A stretch of 64,000 nt of DNA from the human T2T-CHM13v2.0 reference genome, Homo sapiens. The stretch lies in assembly GCF_009914755.1 (NCBI RefSeq), contig NC_060925.1. One strand, given 5' to 3'. The stretch's first letter is position 1. Each line of letters starts with the position of its first letter. Positions 1 through 13,081 of the stretch are shown here, piece after piece. The position numbers and the translations under genes are program-made. Under the pieces are notes generated by a model. It did not search any database. It saw only the letters and a list, made by a program, of their open reading frames with translations, and was not told the DNA's origin.

Positions 1-406
1 TCTAAACTTCCCTTCTCGCTTCATTTCATTCATTTCATCTTCCATCGCTGATACCCTTTCTTCCAGTTGATCGCATCAGCTCCTGAGGCTTCTGCATTCT
101 TCACGTAGTTCTGGAGCCTTGGTTTTCAGCTCCATCAGCTCCTTTAAGCACTTCTCTGTATTGGTTATTCTAGTTATACATTCTTCTAAATTTTTTTTCA
201 AAGTTTTCAACTTCTTTGCCTTTGGTTTGAATGTCCTCCTGTAGCTCAGAGTAATTTGATCGTCTGAAGCCGTCTTCTTTCAGCTCCTCGAAGTCATTCT
301 CCATCCAGCTTTGTTCCGTTGCTGGTGAGGAACTGTGTTCCTTTGGAGGAGGAGAGGCGCTCTGCTGTTTAGAGTTTCCAGTTTTTCTATTCTGTTTTTT
401 CCCCAT
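1..406 (-). pseudogene. L1 ORF1 N-terminus, frameshifted
   Basis: MGKKQNRKTGNSK...VENFEK is L1 ORF1p. The run at 191-198 has 8 bases versus 7 in the second L1, shifting the frame to a stop at 170-172. Confidence 0.93.
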
Positions 407-861
407 CTTTGTGGTTTTATCTACTTTTGGTCTTTGATGATGGTGATGTACAGGTGGGCTTTTGGTGTGGATGTCCTTTCTGTTTGTTAGTTTTCCTTCT
501 AACAGACAGGACCCTCAGCTGCAGGTCTGTTGGAATACCCTGCCTTGTGAGGTGTCAGTGTGCCCCTGCTGGGGGGTGCCTCCCAGTTAGGCTGCTCGGG
601 GGTCAGGGGTCAGGGACCCACTTGAGGAGGCAGTCTGCCCGTTCTCAGATCTCCAGCTGCGTGCTGGGAGAACCACTGCTCTCTTCAAAGCTGTCAGACA
701 GGGACACTTAAGTCTGCAGAGGTTACTGCTGTCTTTTTGTTTGTCTGTGCCCTGCCCCCAGAGGTGGAGCCTACAGAGGCAGGCAGGCCTCCTTGAGCTG
801 TGGTGGGCTCCACCCAGTTCGAGCTTCCAGGCTGCTTTGTTTACCTAATCAAGCCTGGGCA

Positions 862-1170
862 ATGGCGGGCGCCCCTCCCCCAGCCTCGCTGCCGCCTTGC
901 AGTTTGATCTCAGACTGCTGTGCTAGCAATCAGCGAGACTCCCTGGGCGTAGGACCCTCCAAGCCAGATGCCGGATATAATCTCTTGGTGCGCCGTTTTT
1001 TAAGCCCATCTGAAAAGCGCAGTATTCGTGTGGGAGTGACCCGATTTTCCAGGTGTCGTCCCTCACCCCTTTCTTTGACTCAGAAAGGGAACTCCCTGAC
1101 CCCTTGCGCTTCCCAAGTGAGGCAATGCCTCGCCCTGCTTTGGCTCGTGCACGGTGCGCACACCCACTGA
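862..1170 (+). CDS. L1 antisense ORF0 homolog, 102 aa (expression unknown)
   Basis: ATG at 862 in GCAATGG context; MAGAPPPASLPPCSLISDCCASNQRDS is the ORF0 N-terminus; open to the stop at 1170. Confidence 0.7.
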   Translation: MAGAPPPASLPPCSLISDCCASNQRDSLGVGPSKPDAGYNLLVRRFLSPSEKRSIRVGVTRFSRCRPSPLSLTQKGNSLTPCASQVRQCLALLWLVHGAHTH

Positions 1171-1310
1171 CCTGCGCTCACTGTCTGGCACTCCCTAGTG
1201 AGATGAACCCGGTACCTCAGATGGAAATGCAGAAATCACCCGTCTTCTGCGTCGCTCACGCTGGGAGCTGTAGACTGGAGCTGTTCCCATTCGGCCATCT
1301 TGGCTCCTCC

Positions 1311-1774
1311 GAACTCCAATTTTGAAATAAATTATACTGTGGCTAAAATGTTGTCAAACAGCATAACACGCTACAGAGAAAACTTTTATGAAAGGAAGAG
1401 TCAATAGTTGTAGAAAAATTTTTGTTGTTTAATTTTAAGAAATTATGACAGCCACCTCAACCTTCAGCAGCCACCACGCTGATCAGTCCAGCAGACATCA
1501 ACACTGAGGTAAGACCCAGCATCAGCTATAGATTACAGCTTGCTGAAGGCTCTGATGATTGTTAGCATTTTTTTTGCAATAAAGTTTTAAATTAAGGCAT
1601 GTACATTGTTATTTAGACATAGTGCTATTGCACACTCAGTGGACAATGGCATAGTGTAAACATAACTTTTAAATGCCCTGGGAAACTAAAAACTGCGCTG
1701 GACTCATTTTATTGCAATATTTGCTTTATTGTGGTGGTTTTGAACCACACTTGCTTATCGCTGAGCTATGCCGG
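1311..1774 (+). mobile_element. Tigger1 DNA transposon, 3' portion, interrupted by the L1
   Basis: Follows the Tigger1 3' consensus (ACTCCAATTTTGAAA...CAAACAGCAT...CAGCCACCTCAACCTTCAGCA...ATATTTGCTTTATTGTGG) and ends in a degenerate TIR (GAGCTATGCCGG). Confidence 0.9.
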
Positions 1775-1789
1775 TGTTTTTAAAGGAGA

Positions 1790-3050
1790 TAATTTTGGAA
1801 TCGGTAGATTAGATAAATAGAAGTAAAAGGGAATATTCAGAGAAGTAGTTTCCATATATCAGGAAAAAAGGTAAAGATCTGGACAGAGACAATTACAGAA
1901 AGGATGAGAAAAAGAGTCAGAATTTACAGGCTTTCCTAAGGGACATTTGAATGTAGTAGATGTCTAGTTTCTTTCTGGGACTGTAAGAGGAGGAGGGTTA
2001 ATGTTTTCTTTATGCTTGGGGAGTTGATAACTTGTGGCATTGTGGAGAGAGAATGATCACCCAAAAGAATGGGTTTTATGAGAAAAATCATGAGCTCAGT
2101 AGGTAGAAAGAAATATGGATTTAGAGCCTTGGTGAGATATCAGGGGTGTAGATAGAGATGTAGGTGTTATCAACATATGGATGGTAGTTGCAGCATTGCA
2201 AAAGGAGAAGATATATAAGCAGAGTAAAGAACAAAGGGGGAAAATTCTAAAAAAAAAAAAAAAAGAAGAGAACGATTAAGGGGGGAAATAAATAAAGCCA
2301 ATGAATAAGTAAAGAAAAGTTGCCATAGAAGTTGAAACCGGAAATATTGTGTCACCTGAAGGCTAATGGGGGAGAGAGTTTCAAGTAGTGGATGGTTAAT
2401 TTGAAAGGTTTTAAACAAGGATCGAATATAATCAATTTTGCTTTTAGAAAGTGAACTAAACGAAAAAAAAAAAAGAGAGAAAAGGAGCTGGATGCTATCA
2501 TATGCTGAGAGAAAGGAATTTACCTCCACCAACCTATAGAATTGAGGATATGAAGAAAAAAGAGACAGAGAGGAGGTCACTTGGCTGGAAACTGATGGTG
2601 GCTGGATAAAAAGACTGGAGAAGGCAAGAGTCAAAGCTGATTTTTTGTTTCTGCCTTGGTGAATGGTTTTCTGTTAACTGAGATGGGGAATGGCAGAGAA
2701 GCTGGTTTGGGGAAATTTGGGAAGAGATAACGAGGTTTCATTCAAATTCATTGAATGTGACATACATGTCTTAAGACACTCAGGTGGCAACCTCCTGACA
2801 AAGACTCAGGAGGGAGTTGAGAGCTGGAGTTATAATTGAGAGTGGGAAGAACACAGGTTCTGGTAAATCGTGAGAGAGACTGGAGATTTCTTATTAAGAG
2901 CACATGAATGCTTGAGATAGAAAACTGACAGCTGTGTGAAAGAAGCGGAGCCAATGGGTAACCCTGAATAAACATTTTTATAAATATCTTCATAAAAGGC
3001 AACCAGCAGGGTCACAGTGAAGCCATTTGGCTTGGAATGTGTGGTGCTTA
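1790..3050 (-). mobile_element. L2 fragments
   Basis: Purine-rich antisense-L2 motifs such as ACTGAGATGGGGAA...GGTTTGGGG and GAGCTGGAGTTATAATT; boundaries approximate. Confidence 0.6.
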
Positions 3051-3094
3051 TTAGTAACATATAAACTGAGGTAAGGAGAAGAAAGAATGTGGGC

Positions 3095-3270
3095 TGAACA
3101 GTGTTCCAAAGTTGGATTCAAATCCTGAACGTTTTCGTTGCATGTTGTGGAACTTAGGGAAATTTACTTAATCTTGTTGACTTACAGTTTCCTTACGTGT
3201 AAGGTTATGGTAAGAAGTTCTAATAAGGCACAGATCTGCACAATGTAGGTGCTCAGTAAGGCTAACTTCC
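3095..3270 (+). mobile_element. MIR SINE fragment
   Basis: Degenerate MIR core GGATTCAAATCCTG...TTACTTAATCT...CAGTTTCCT...TAGGTGCTCAGTAA. Confidence 0.65.
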
Positions 3271-3605
3271 TCCATCTCTCACTTTCTAGTACTTCTCTTG
3301 CTTTCTTTTTTTCTCTTTCTTCCCTGTTGCATTTTCAATCATTTGCAATGAACACTGCTTTAGCTTATAATCTCAAATTGAAACACACTTTTTCTGTAGT
3401 TAAGGAATTATATATTAGTCAGGATATGCAACCATAAATTGAAATAACTGTTTGGATACTCAGGTTAGCAGCACTCATTTGAGGACATCAATTGAATAGG
3501 CTCTGATGCTAAGATGGGTCACCTAAGACACAAGGGAATGAGAGAGAGAGAGACAGAGAGAGAGAGGGGGGGAGAAGAAAGGGAGAGAAAAATATTATGA
3601 CAGGT

Positions 3606-3961
3606 TAATATGGTTTGGCTGTGTCCCCACCCAAATCTCATCTTGAATTCCCACATGTTATGGGAGGGACCCAGTGGGAGGTGATTGAATCATGGGGACA
3701 AGTCTTTCCTATGTGGTTCTTGTGATAGTGAATAAGTCTCATGAGACCTGATGGTTTTAGGAAGAGGAGTTCCCCTGCACAAGTTCCCTCTTTTGCCTGC
3801 CGCCATCCACGTAAGATATGACTTGCTCTTCCTTGCCTTCCACCATGATTGTGAGGCTTCCCCAGCCACATGAAACTGCAAATCCAATTAAACTTCTTTC
3901 TTTTGCAAATTTCCCAGTCTCAGGTATATTTTTATCAGCAGCATGAAAACAGACTAATACA
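3606..3961 (+). mobile_element. THE1 (MaLR) solo LTR
   Basis: ATATGGTTTGGCTGTGTCCCCACCCAAATCTCATCTTGAATT...CAGCAGCATGAAAACAGACTAATACA, 356 bp. Confidence 0.95.
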
Positions 3962-4837
3962 CAAGCTAAATAAGTTCTGTTTTGTTTTTTCCAAATAAGG
4001 ACAATTTTAAAATGCTATGAATACTATGTCCAGGGACATATTATAGAATCATTGAAAGAACTAGTAAGGATCTTAGAGATCATGGAATCTGATATTTCTC
4101 GTTTTGCTTTCTTTTGCAGCAGAACTTTCTTCTGGCAGATAAAATCTTACACAAATTGTTAACAGAATTTCTCACATTGATGCAGGGATGGAAGCCACTA
4201 AGCCTTACTTTCTCAGCCTCCTTCAGCCCTCTACTTTGGATGGTCCCTGAGGTACCATGGTGAAACCCTAGGGCTCTGAAGCATGAAGTATGAAGTATAT
4301 AATCATGCTTTTAGTCCAACTGCCTTATTTAAGGAAGGGAAACTGAGTCATATGAAGATAAGTAGCTTGCACCAGATCCTGGCAGAGCAGTCTTCAATTC
4401 TCCCCCAGGGCTTTTGTTGGAGTGGCCTTTTAAAGCCTGCATTTTGAGCAAATCACCACCTTACCACTTTATTTTTGCAACCAGTGTTCCATAAAAATAA
4501 GAAAATATTCATAATGGAACTGCAGCCCCTCCATCTACAGGAAGAGTCCCAGGAGGATGACAATCATATGGGAAAAATACATAAAGTTTTAATTCAGGGG
4601 ACTAACTAGCCACCTGCCAAGTTCAATTAAGTAGGAGTGGTAGTTGGCCAGGGAGGTGGGCCTGAATGAGTAGAGTTCTTGAGGGCAAGTAAGAAGTAGA
4701 AGTCTCTCACGTGAAGATGTAGCACAGAATCCAACTGGGACTAAACTGTGTGTCTGGGAGCCAGGACTTAATGGGCACACATTCATCTCTGGTGCTTAGA
4801 TGAGGAGACCACTATTGTTGGGCTTTCCAAAAGCCAT

Positions 4838-4840
<3 letters not shown>

Positions 4841-4868
<28 letters not shown>
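4841..4868 (+). repeat. (TG)14 microsatellite
   Basis: Directly visible. Confidence 0.95.
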
Positions 4869-6464
4869 GCAAGGGAATAAGAGGTCTGAGCTCTGCATAG
4901 TCAGGAGGCACCAAAGAGACATCGGGGGCTTTGAGGATGTTTGAGGATGAGGTTTGCTGGTTTTAGGAGGAAGGAAATGATGTAACAACTAATCTTTTCT
5001 GGGTTAAAATCTCAGATTTTATCTCGTTGGAATATTCAACTGATTTAAAATAATTTTCTGAGCATCTACTATGTCCAAAAAGTTGTATAGTGAGCTTCGG
5101 ATGATCAAAATAAGTTATTTTCTTTAAGAATTAGATACAGTGAGAGAAGTAAGCATGCAAGTAAAAACTGAAATAGTGGCTTATTCATTTGTTCTTCATT
5201 GTCTCATATGGTGCTTAGCTCAGTGTATTTACTTACCGAATGCATTTATAGCCCATCTACATCTGAAAAAGATTTGAAGCAGTCACAAAACACTTTTTAA
5301 AAGTATATTAATAGAAAGAAAAAATCAGGAGCAGAACAGAAAGAGTAATATAATTTGGGGCTGCAAAAGAGGATTGCATTAAATTGGTTTCAGGTCATGA
5401 GTCTACCACTTATTACCTGTGTGAACACTTGGAAGTTATTTAAACATTCTGTCCTTCAGTCTCTTCAGCTATAAAGTTCAGTCTTTTCAGCTTATGGATT
5501 GTTGTGAGGATTGAATGACAACACATCTAAAGTTGTGATCAATAAAGTTTAATTATTTTGCTTTGCTTTCTGGGAAATTTCTTCTATATTTCCTTCCTCC
5601 CGTTTTATGAAGTTCTAAATTGCTATTGAATCTTGATGCTTCTGCTTAACTTCCAAGGACTATTTTGGGTATTAAAAGTGTTCCTTTTTTGTGTGTAATG
5701 TACTTCATTAATATAATTATAGTTTTCCTGAATATAGTAAGGGTCTTTCATTCATAATTCATTTTAGTTTTCTTCTACCTGCATAGACTCTGATTTTTCC
5801 AGGATTTTACAATCAATTTCTTGGTGGTTATTATCAATGAAATTACAGCATGGACTTTTAAACACATTTGACTGTAAAGTTAAAAGTATTTTTTATTTCT
5901 GTACCCACTACACATCTCATTCATACACACACACACATGAAAAGATAGGGCAGGAGAGAGAGAAATACACATTTGCACATCATTGGGGATTAGAACTTCA
6001 TGTAACAGTATTTCCCTTACTATATGAACTATTAGACATCTGATCATCCATGACTGAAAATACTAATTGAAGGCTCTAAATGTGCTGATAGGCATTATTG
6101 ACTGTGACTTTCACTAAATTGACCTGGCTGGGTCATGCAGTTGATGATACATCAATGTTAATATTGTTAAGACTTTTCTCTTAGGCTCAGCGGATTCTCA
6201 GGGAGGTTGCTACTAATTTCCTGCCTAGATGGTCAAGGACTGGTTGCCAGAAGTTTGGAAGCACAGTGGGGAAAAATGCTCAGGATTTCAGCATCCAAAT
6301 GCACTTCCTTTATTCAATGCAATGTATCAAGTCTCAATTCTATTTGGTGAGCCACATCACAAAGACTGTTTTTACATTTTCAGAAAATAAATCTTCTGAT
6401 TCTTGCCAGAGGAAGGAAGAAGAAATTACCTGATTGTATGGATTGTATGGAGTACTGTCTGATC

Positions 6465-6757
6465 TTTTTTTATTTTTGAGACAGAGTCTCACTCTGTTGT
6501 CCAGGCTGAAGTGCAGTGGAGCAATCTTGGCTCACTGCAAACTGCTTCCTGGGCTCAAGTGATCCTCCCACTTTAGCCTCCCGAACAACTGGGACTACAG
6601 GCATGTGCCTCCATGCCTAGTTAATTTTTGTGTTTTTTATAGAGATGGAGTTTTGTCATGTTGCCCAGCCTGGTCTGAAACTTCCAGACTTAAGCAATCT
6701 ACCCACCTCAGCCCCCCAAAGTGCTGGGATTACAGGCATGAGCTACCGTGCGTGGAC
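6465..6757 (-). mobile_element. AluJ-type SINE inside old L1M sequence
   Basis: Antisense Alu dimer with T-rich tail; TCTGAT.TTTT occurs on both sides as a degenerate TSD. Confidence 0.93.
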
Positions 6758-7636
6758 ATAATCTGATTTTTATAGTTGATTCCTACACAGATATTCAACT
6801 AATCTTTGTAATTTTAGCCCTATTCATTCCCTCTTTCAGAGTACTGATGTTACCAATTCCTGAACCTACTGGGAATTCTGCAGCCTCAAATTGATTTGGT
6901 TTTTAACTTTCACCCCATCAGCCTATGGTTTAGTATTTTCAAATCTCCCAAATATTGACCTCTCATTTATTTGTTTTTTAGACTTTATGAGTTTGCTGCT
7001 GATGTCCTCTCTGCCTGTCTCCCTGTCCTTTGTGATCATGCCTAAAAACTTCTTTACTGTCAGTTTAATGGAGTTTTGGAAGGGGTTGAAAGTAAATATG
7101 TACATTCAGTGTACATCTTTAACTGAAAATCCTTTTCCATCTATATACTTAAGTAGCTGTGTGTCTTTAAGCAAGAATAGGACAATAGTAAGATCTTATA
7201 AAATGATAAGATACTTTCTTTGGGTATGAAAAGTACCTTGCACAGTTTCTGCAACATTAAAAGCAGAGGTGACATTCAAAATATTTAACAAACATTACAA
7301 CATGAGCACTGGCCACCTAGATTCATCATGATTTTTGTTTCATTTCAAGACTGTTAGAGTCTCAGGAGAAAGAAACTTATTTCATGTTTCTTATTTTTTC
7401 TCCTTTTCCATGGCCTGTTATTAGGAGCCAATCATTGCTTTTACTAATCTTGCAGATATAGGCAGTGGCTTTTCTTTACACTTATTGATAATTCTTATAG
7501 ATTTGTACTTTAAAAAATTATTACTCTAATTTAATTTGGGCTCTATATCACTGTGGATATGTCTTTTTGAAAATGTCATCCTCTTATCCTGCTACCTGGT
7601 TAGGATGGGATAAGTCATGTAGAAAAAAAGCAAGGG

Positions 7637-8439
7637 GGCTGGGTGTGGTGGCTCACGCCTGTAATTCTAGCACTTTTGGAGGCTGAGGCGGGTGGATCAC
7701 CCAAGGTCAGGAGTTTGAGACCAGCCTGACCAACAAGGTGAAACCCTATTGTTGGGAATAGGCCCCCAAAATCCAGTCATAAACTGGCCCCAAAATGGGT
7801 CATAAACAAAATTTCTGCGGCACTGTGACATGTTCATGGTGGCCGTGACACCCACACTGGAAGGTTGTGGGTTTACCGGAATGAGGGCAAGGAACACCTG
7901 GCCCACCCAGGGCAGAAAACCACTTAAAGGCATTCTTAAACCACAAGCAATAGCGTCAGCAACGTGTGCCTTAAGGACGTTCTCCTGCTGCAGGTAACTA
8001 GCCAGAGCCCATCCCTTTACTTTGGCCCATCCCTTTGTTTCCTGTAAGGAACACTTTTAGTTAATCTATAATCTATAGAAACAATGCTTATCACTGGCTT
8101 GCTGTCAATAAATACGTGGGTAAATCTCCGTTCGAGGCTCTCAGCTCTGAAGGCTGTGAGACCCCTGATTTCCCACTCAACACCTCTATATTTCTGTGTG
8201 TGTGTCTTTAATTCTTCTAAAGCCGCTGGGTTAGGGTCTCCCCGACTTGGCACCCTATCTCTACTAAAAACACAAAAAATTAGCCGGGCTTGGTTGCAGG
8301 CAACTGTAGTCCCAGTTACTCAGGAGGCTGAGACAGGAGAAATGCTTGAACTGGGAGAAAGAAATTGCAATGAGCCGAGATTGCGCCTCTGCACTCCAGC
8401 CTGGGCAACAGAGCGAGACTCTGTATCAAAAAAATAAAT
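7637..8439 (+). mobile_element. AluS split by a MER9 LTR
   Basis: Left part 7637-7749 and right part 8253-8439 with A-tail; near-identical flanks AAAAAAAGCAA(A)GGG. Confidence 0.94.
7750..8252 (+). mobile_element. MER9 solo LTR (HERV-K9/HML-3)
   Basis: TGTTGGGAATAGGCCCCCAAAATC...GGGTTAGGGTCTCCCCGAC...GGCA; TG..CA ends; perfect 6-bp TSD CCCTAT at 7744-7749 and 8253-8258. Confidence 0.93.
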
Positions 8440-9779
8440 AAAAAAAGCAAAGGGAACATTATTTTGGGATCACTGAGCTATTGTCTCCCCAGCCAGAGCC
8501 TTGAGCGTGAGAATCTCCATCGGTTGGAGTATATGGCAGTTACTCTTTCTCCAAATGGAGTGAAGAAGTGGGTGAATTTGAGGACCAGGAATAAATGTGA
8601 GAATTTGGTAGCCACTTCACTGCTTCTCCAAAGTGTAAGCTCTGAAAGAGTGTTAAGGAGAAATAAGAAAAGGAAAAACATCTTATACAATGTAATTTAC
8701 ACAACAGCATTGGGTTTTGCCTCACATTTTCTGGGTAGAACAGAATGCTATATCCCCTTCAAGAGGTATTTTCTCTCTGGCCTAGTTACGTGTTTCTTTT
8801 TCTTCACTACATTAACAGTTGTACAAGTATCTTATGCAATTTCACTGAATTGTTGCTCAGATCAATCAATAAAGTTCCAGTACTGACAATTTCTCAAAGC
8901 ACATACCCCTTAAAAGCCACCTTGTGAACAATTCTGTATAAGCCTCGTTTAAGGCTCCCTTGGAATTTAAGTACTCTGTCGGAACGATGATGCCTAATCG
9001 ATTTTTCACAGCAAATTGACCCCCTCAGACCTTGGGCAAGCATTTGAGCTTGCCATAATAAATGGAAATGGGAGCCTTTAGGATAAATGGTTGTGGGGTT
9101 TGGGGGAGAGGATTCAGAGGTGCCGACCTGCATTGGAGAATGCTGACTCATTCATCCTCCCAAATAGCCAGTTAGCATGGAAGCTCTCATAGTGGTAAAA
9201 GAGATAACCAAAATGCCTGTATTCCTTCTTTTGCTGAAAACTGCAGGCCCTTTAATTCACGTTTTCTTGATATTTTGCCCTTAAGATGGAGAATACAACT
9301 AGGTATGCTTATCATATTTTTAAATAAAATGTAAGATTTTTTTTCCCATTACAAAAGGAACATACTCATCTAAAAAATTATAATATACAGAAAGGCCAAA
9401 AGAAGCAGGGAACATTCTGCCATGTTCTTAACACACAGAAGTAATTATTGTTTCTGTATATTTTGGGGAGTCCTTTTTCTCCCTAGAAGTAAATTTTTGA
9501 ATATATGAAAAAATACAGTTTTAAGCCTATTGTTTCTAGAATTTAATTGCTTACTTTCCTCCAGCATAAGAAAAAGGTAATGAAAATTCATTGTAAACAT
9601 GGTATTTAATTACAGCCCAATATTTTATTGAATAATTGGATTTAATTATCTTTTACTATGGGATATTCAAGTTACTTCCAGTTATTTCAAATTTAGAATC
9701 TGATAAAGATAGTATTGCAAAGTAGTGGGCAAATGAAAATAATGTCCTGAACACCATCACCCCAAAATAAGCACAAATT

Positions 9780-11050
<1,271 letters not shown>

Positions 11051-11539
11051 GAATGAGATTTTGGCAATGTAACTTTACATACCTCCCCCAATCTATATTT
11101 TCTATTTTTTGTTTTATTAGAATCACGTATTTCTTAGTCTGTACTTGTTTAAGTAATGAAAATATGGAAGTAATATTTCAACAAATACTGAAATCCATAT
11201 GTTCTTAAGTATAATTATATTTATTATTTTTTACCTTAGGATACATTATTAGAATTGGGAAGTTCAGTTCAAAAGGTGGGAACATTTTTGAAATTCTTGA
11301 CATATGTTGCAAATTGTCCTGTGTCAACATAGCAACTCCAGAAACAGCAACACAAAAGTGCCCATTTTACCATACTCTTGTCATCACTGGTGAAGTGATT
11401 ATTAGTAAGAGTACATTTTCACATTTTAAAATATTTGTTAACCAGTAGAATTTTCATTGTTGAAAATTATTTCTTGGAAGGCATATTTGAAAAAACCATA
11501 AAAAGAGAGCTTATATTGTAGACAATAAGTTTTTAGATC

Positions 11540-12950
11540 ATCTTAAAAGGCCACATTAATCCTTGGCCTATGGGGTAATAGTTATTCTAGGAGGGAAAGC
11601 ATATTGGAAGCCTCAGGAACTCCCTCACTCCAAGAAAGATAATTAAAACAAAACAACAACCACCTCATCCTAAGGAAGAGTTCCTGAGTGCAGTGGAGTG
11701 ATCTAGGCTCACTGCAATCTCTGCCTCCTGGGTTCAAGCGATTCTCCTGCCTCAGCTGCCCATACTGGGATTACAGACGCTCACCACCATACCCAGGTAA
11801 TTTTTTGTATTTTTAGTAGAGACGGGTTTCACTATGTTGGCCAGGCTGGTCTCAAACTCCTGACCTCGTGATCCACACTCCTCAGCCTCCCAAAGTGCTA
11901 GGATTACAGGCGTGAGCCACCGCACCCGGCCAGGGATGATCCTGTTAATGCGCCATTTAACACACCACGATTGCTCTGAAAAAGCAGACAGGTCTTGGAG
12001 GGTGACAGTGGACTCTCATAAACTTGAACAAATACTTGTTCCGATTGCAGCTGTTGTGCCAGATGACGTATCTTTGCTAGAGCAGGTTAATGCTGCCTCA
12101 GGACATTAAATGTGTCCACTGATCTTGCGAATACATTCTTTTCCATTTCTATCAGGAGGAAGGAACAGAAGCAATTTTCATTCACCTGGGATGGAGAACA
12201 TTTTACATTTATGATTTTGCCCCAGGGCTATGCTAACTTACTGGGCTTTTCATAACATAATCCAAAGGGATCTGGATTGTCTGAACATTCCACAGAATAT
12301 CAATGTAGTTCAGTGAATCAGAGGCATCATGTTTATGGGATCAAATAAGAAAGAAGTGGAAAGTACCTTAGAGGTACTTCAGAGAGTGGAAGAGAAATCT
12401 TAGGAAGCGTCCTGCCAAATTAATGACATTTTTAGAGGTTCAGGATTCGAGGGTATGCCGCAAAATCCCCTCACATTAAAGAACAAATTATTTTATTTTG
12501 AAATTTTCACAACTAAGAGGGAATCACAACACTGGGTAGACATTTCTGGGTTCTAGAAGCACATATTCCACACTTGAGAATATGGGTCTATTAATGAGCC
12601 CAGAGCAATAAAGCCCTCAGCACTTGATACAGGCTACAGTGTAGGCAGCCCTGACATTGGGCGGTATGTCTGGATAGTTCATATAGCATTATAGATATCT
12701 ATGATGAGAAAATTGCTATGTGGAGTTTATAGCAAGCTGTGGTTTAAAAAACTACAATACAGACCTTGAGTGTTCTAAATAAAAAAGTCATGTCATCTGC
12801 TGCAATGGATTACAAACCATTTGATAGACAACTCATAACACGCTACTGCACCCTGATAAAGACAGAGCTTGCCATCATGAGCCATTAAGCACCATTTGAA
12901 CAGAACAGCTCATAAGAAGCTGGATTCTGTCAGGCCCACAAGTAAGTCAT
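11540..12950 (+). pseudogene. ERVL-class endogenous retrovirus pol (reverse transcriptase) remnant
   Basis: KADRSWRVTVDSHKLEQILVPIAAVVPDDVSLLEQVN resembles ERVL RT; downstream DLANTFFSI, QKQFSFTWDG and LPQGYAN motifs; multiple stops and frameshifts. Confidence 0.88.
11687..11931 (-). mobile_element. AluS lacking its 3' end and poly(A)
   Basis: Antisense Alu from AGTGCAGTGG to CACCCGGCC; no poly(T) and no TSD. Confidence 0.92.
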
Positions 12951-13081
12951 ATATCTGGGCAGATCCAGCCAGAATAAGGTCACTGTGAGGAGCACCACAC
13001 AAGACCTCAGGAGTCATATTGGAATGGAGGACTGAGACTGACCAGAACTGGCCAGCCTACTGATTAAGAATGAACACTTTT

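Larger units (their letters stand above)
1..1310 (-). mobile_element. Young LINE-1 (L1PA2/L1PA3-like), 5' UTR plus start of ORF1; continues off the left edge
   Basis: The reverse complement begins GGAGGAGCCAAGATGGCCGAAT at 1310 (L1 5' end with YY1 site). A 904-bp CpG-rich 5' UTR leads to the ORF1 ATG at 406; that length matches the short UTR lacking the 129-bp ZNF93 segment. Confidence 0.97.

Noticed and set aside
11540-12950. Domesticated retroviral pol gene
   Set aside because: Multiple stops and frameshifts, an Alu insertion, and a destroyed YxDD motif.
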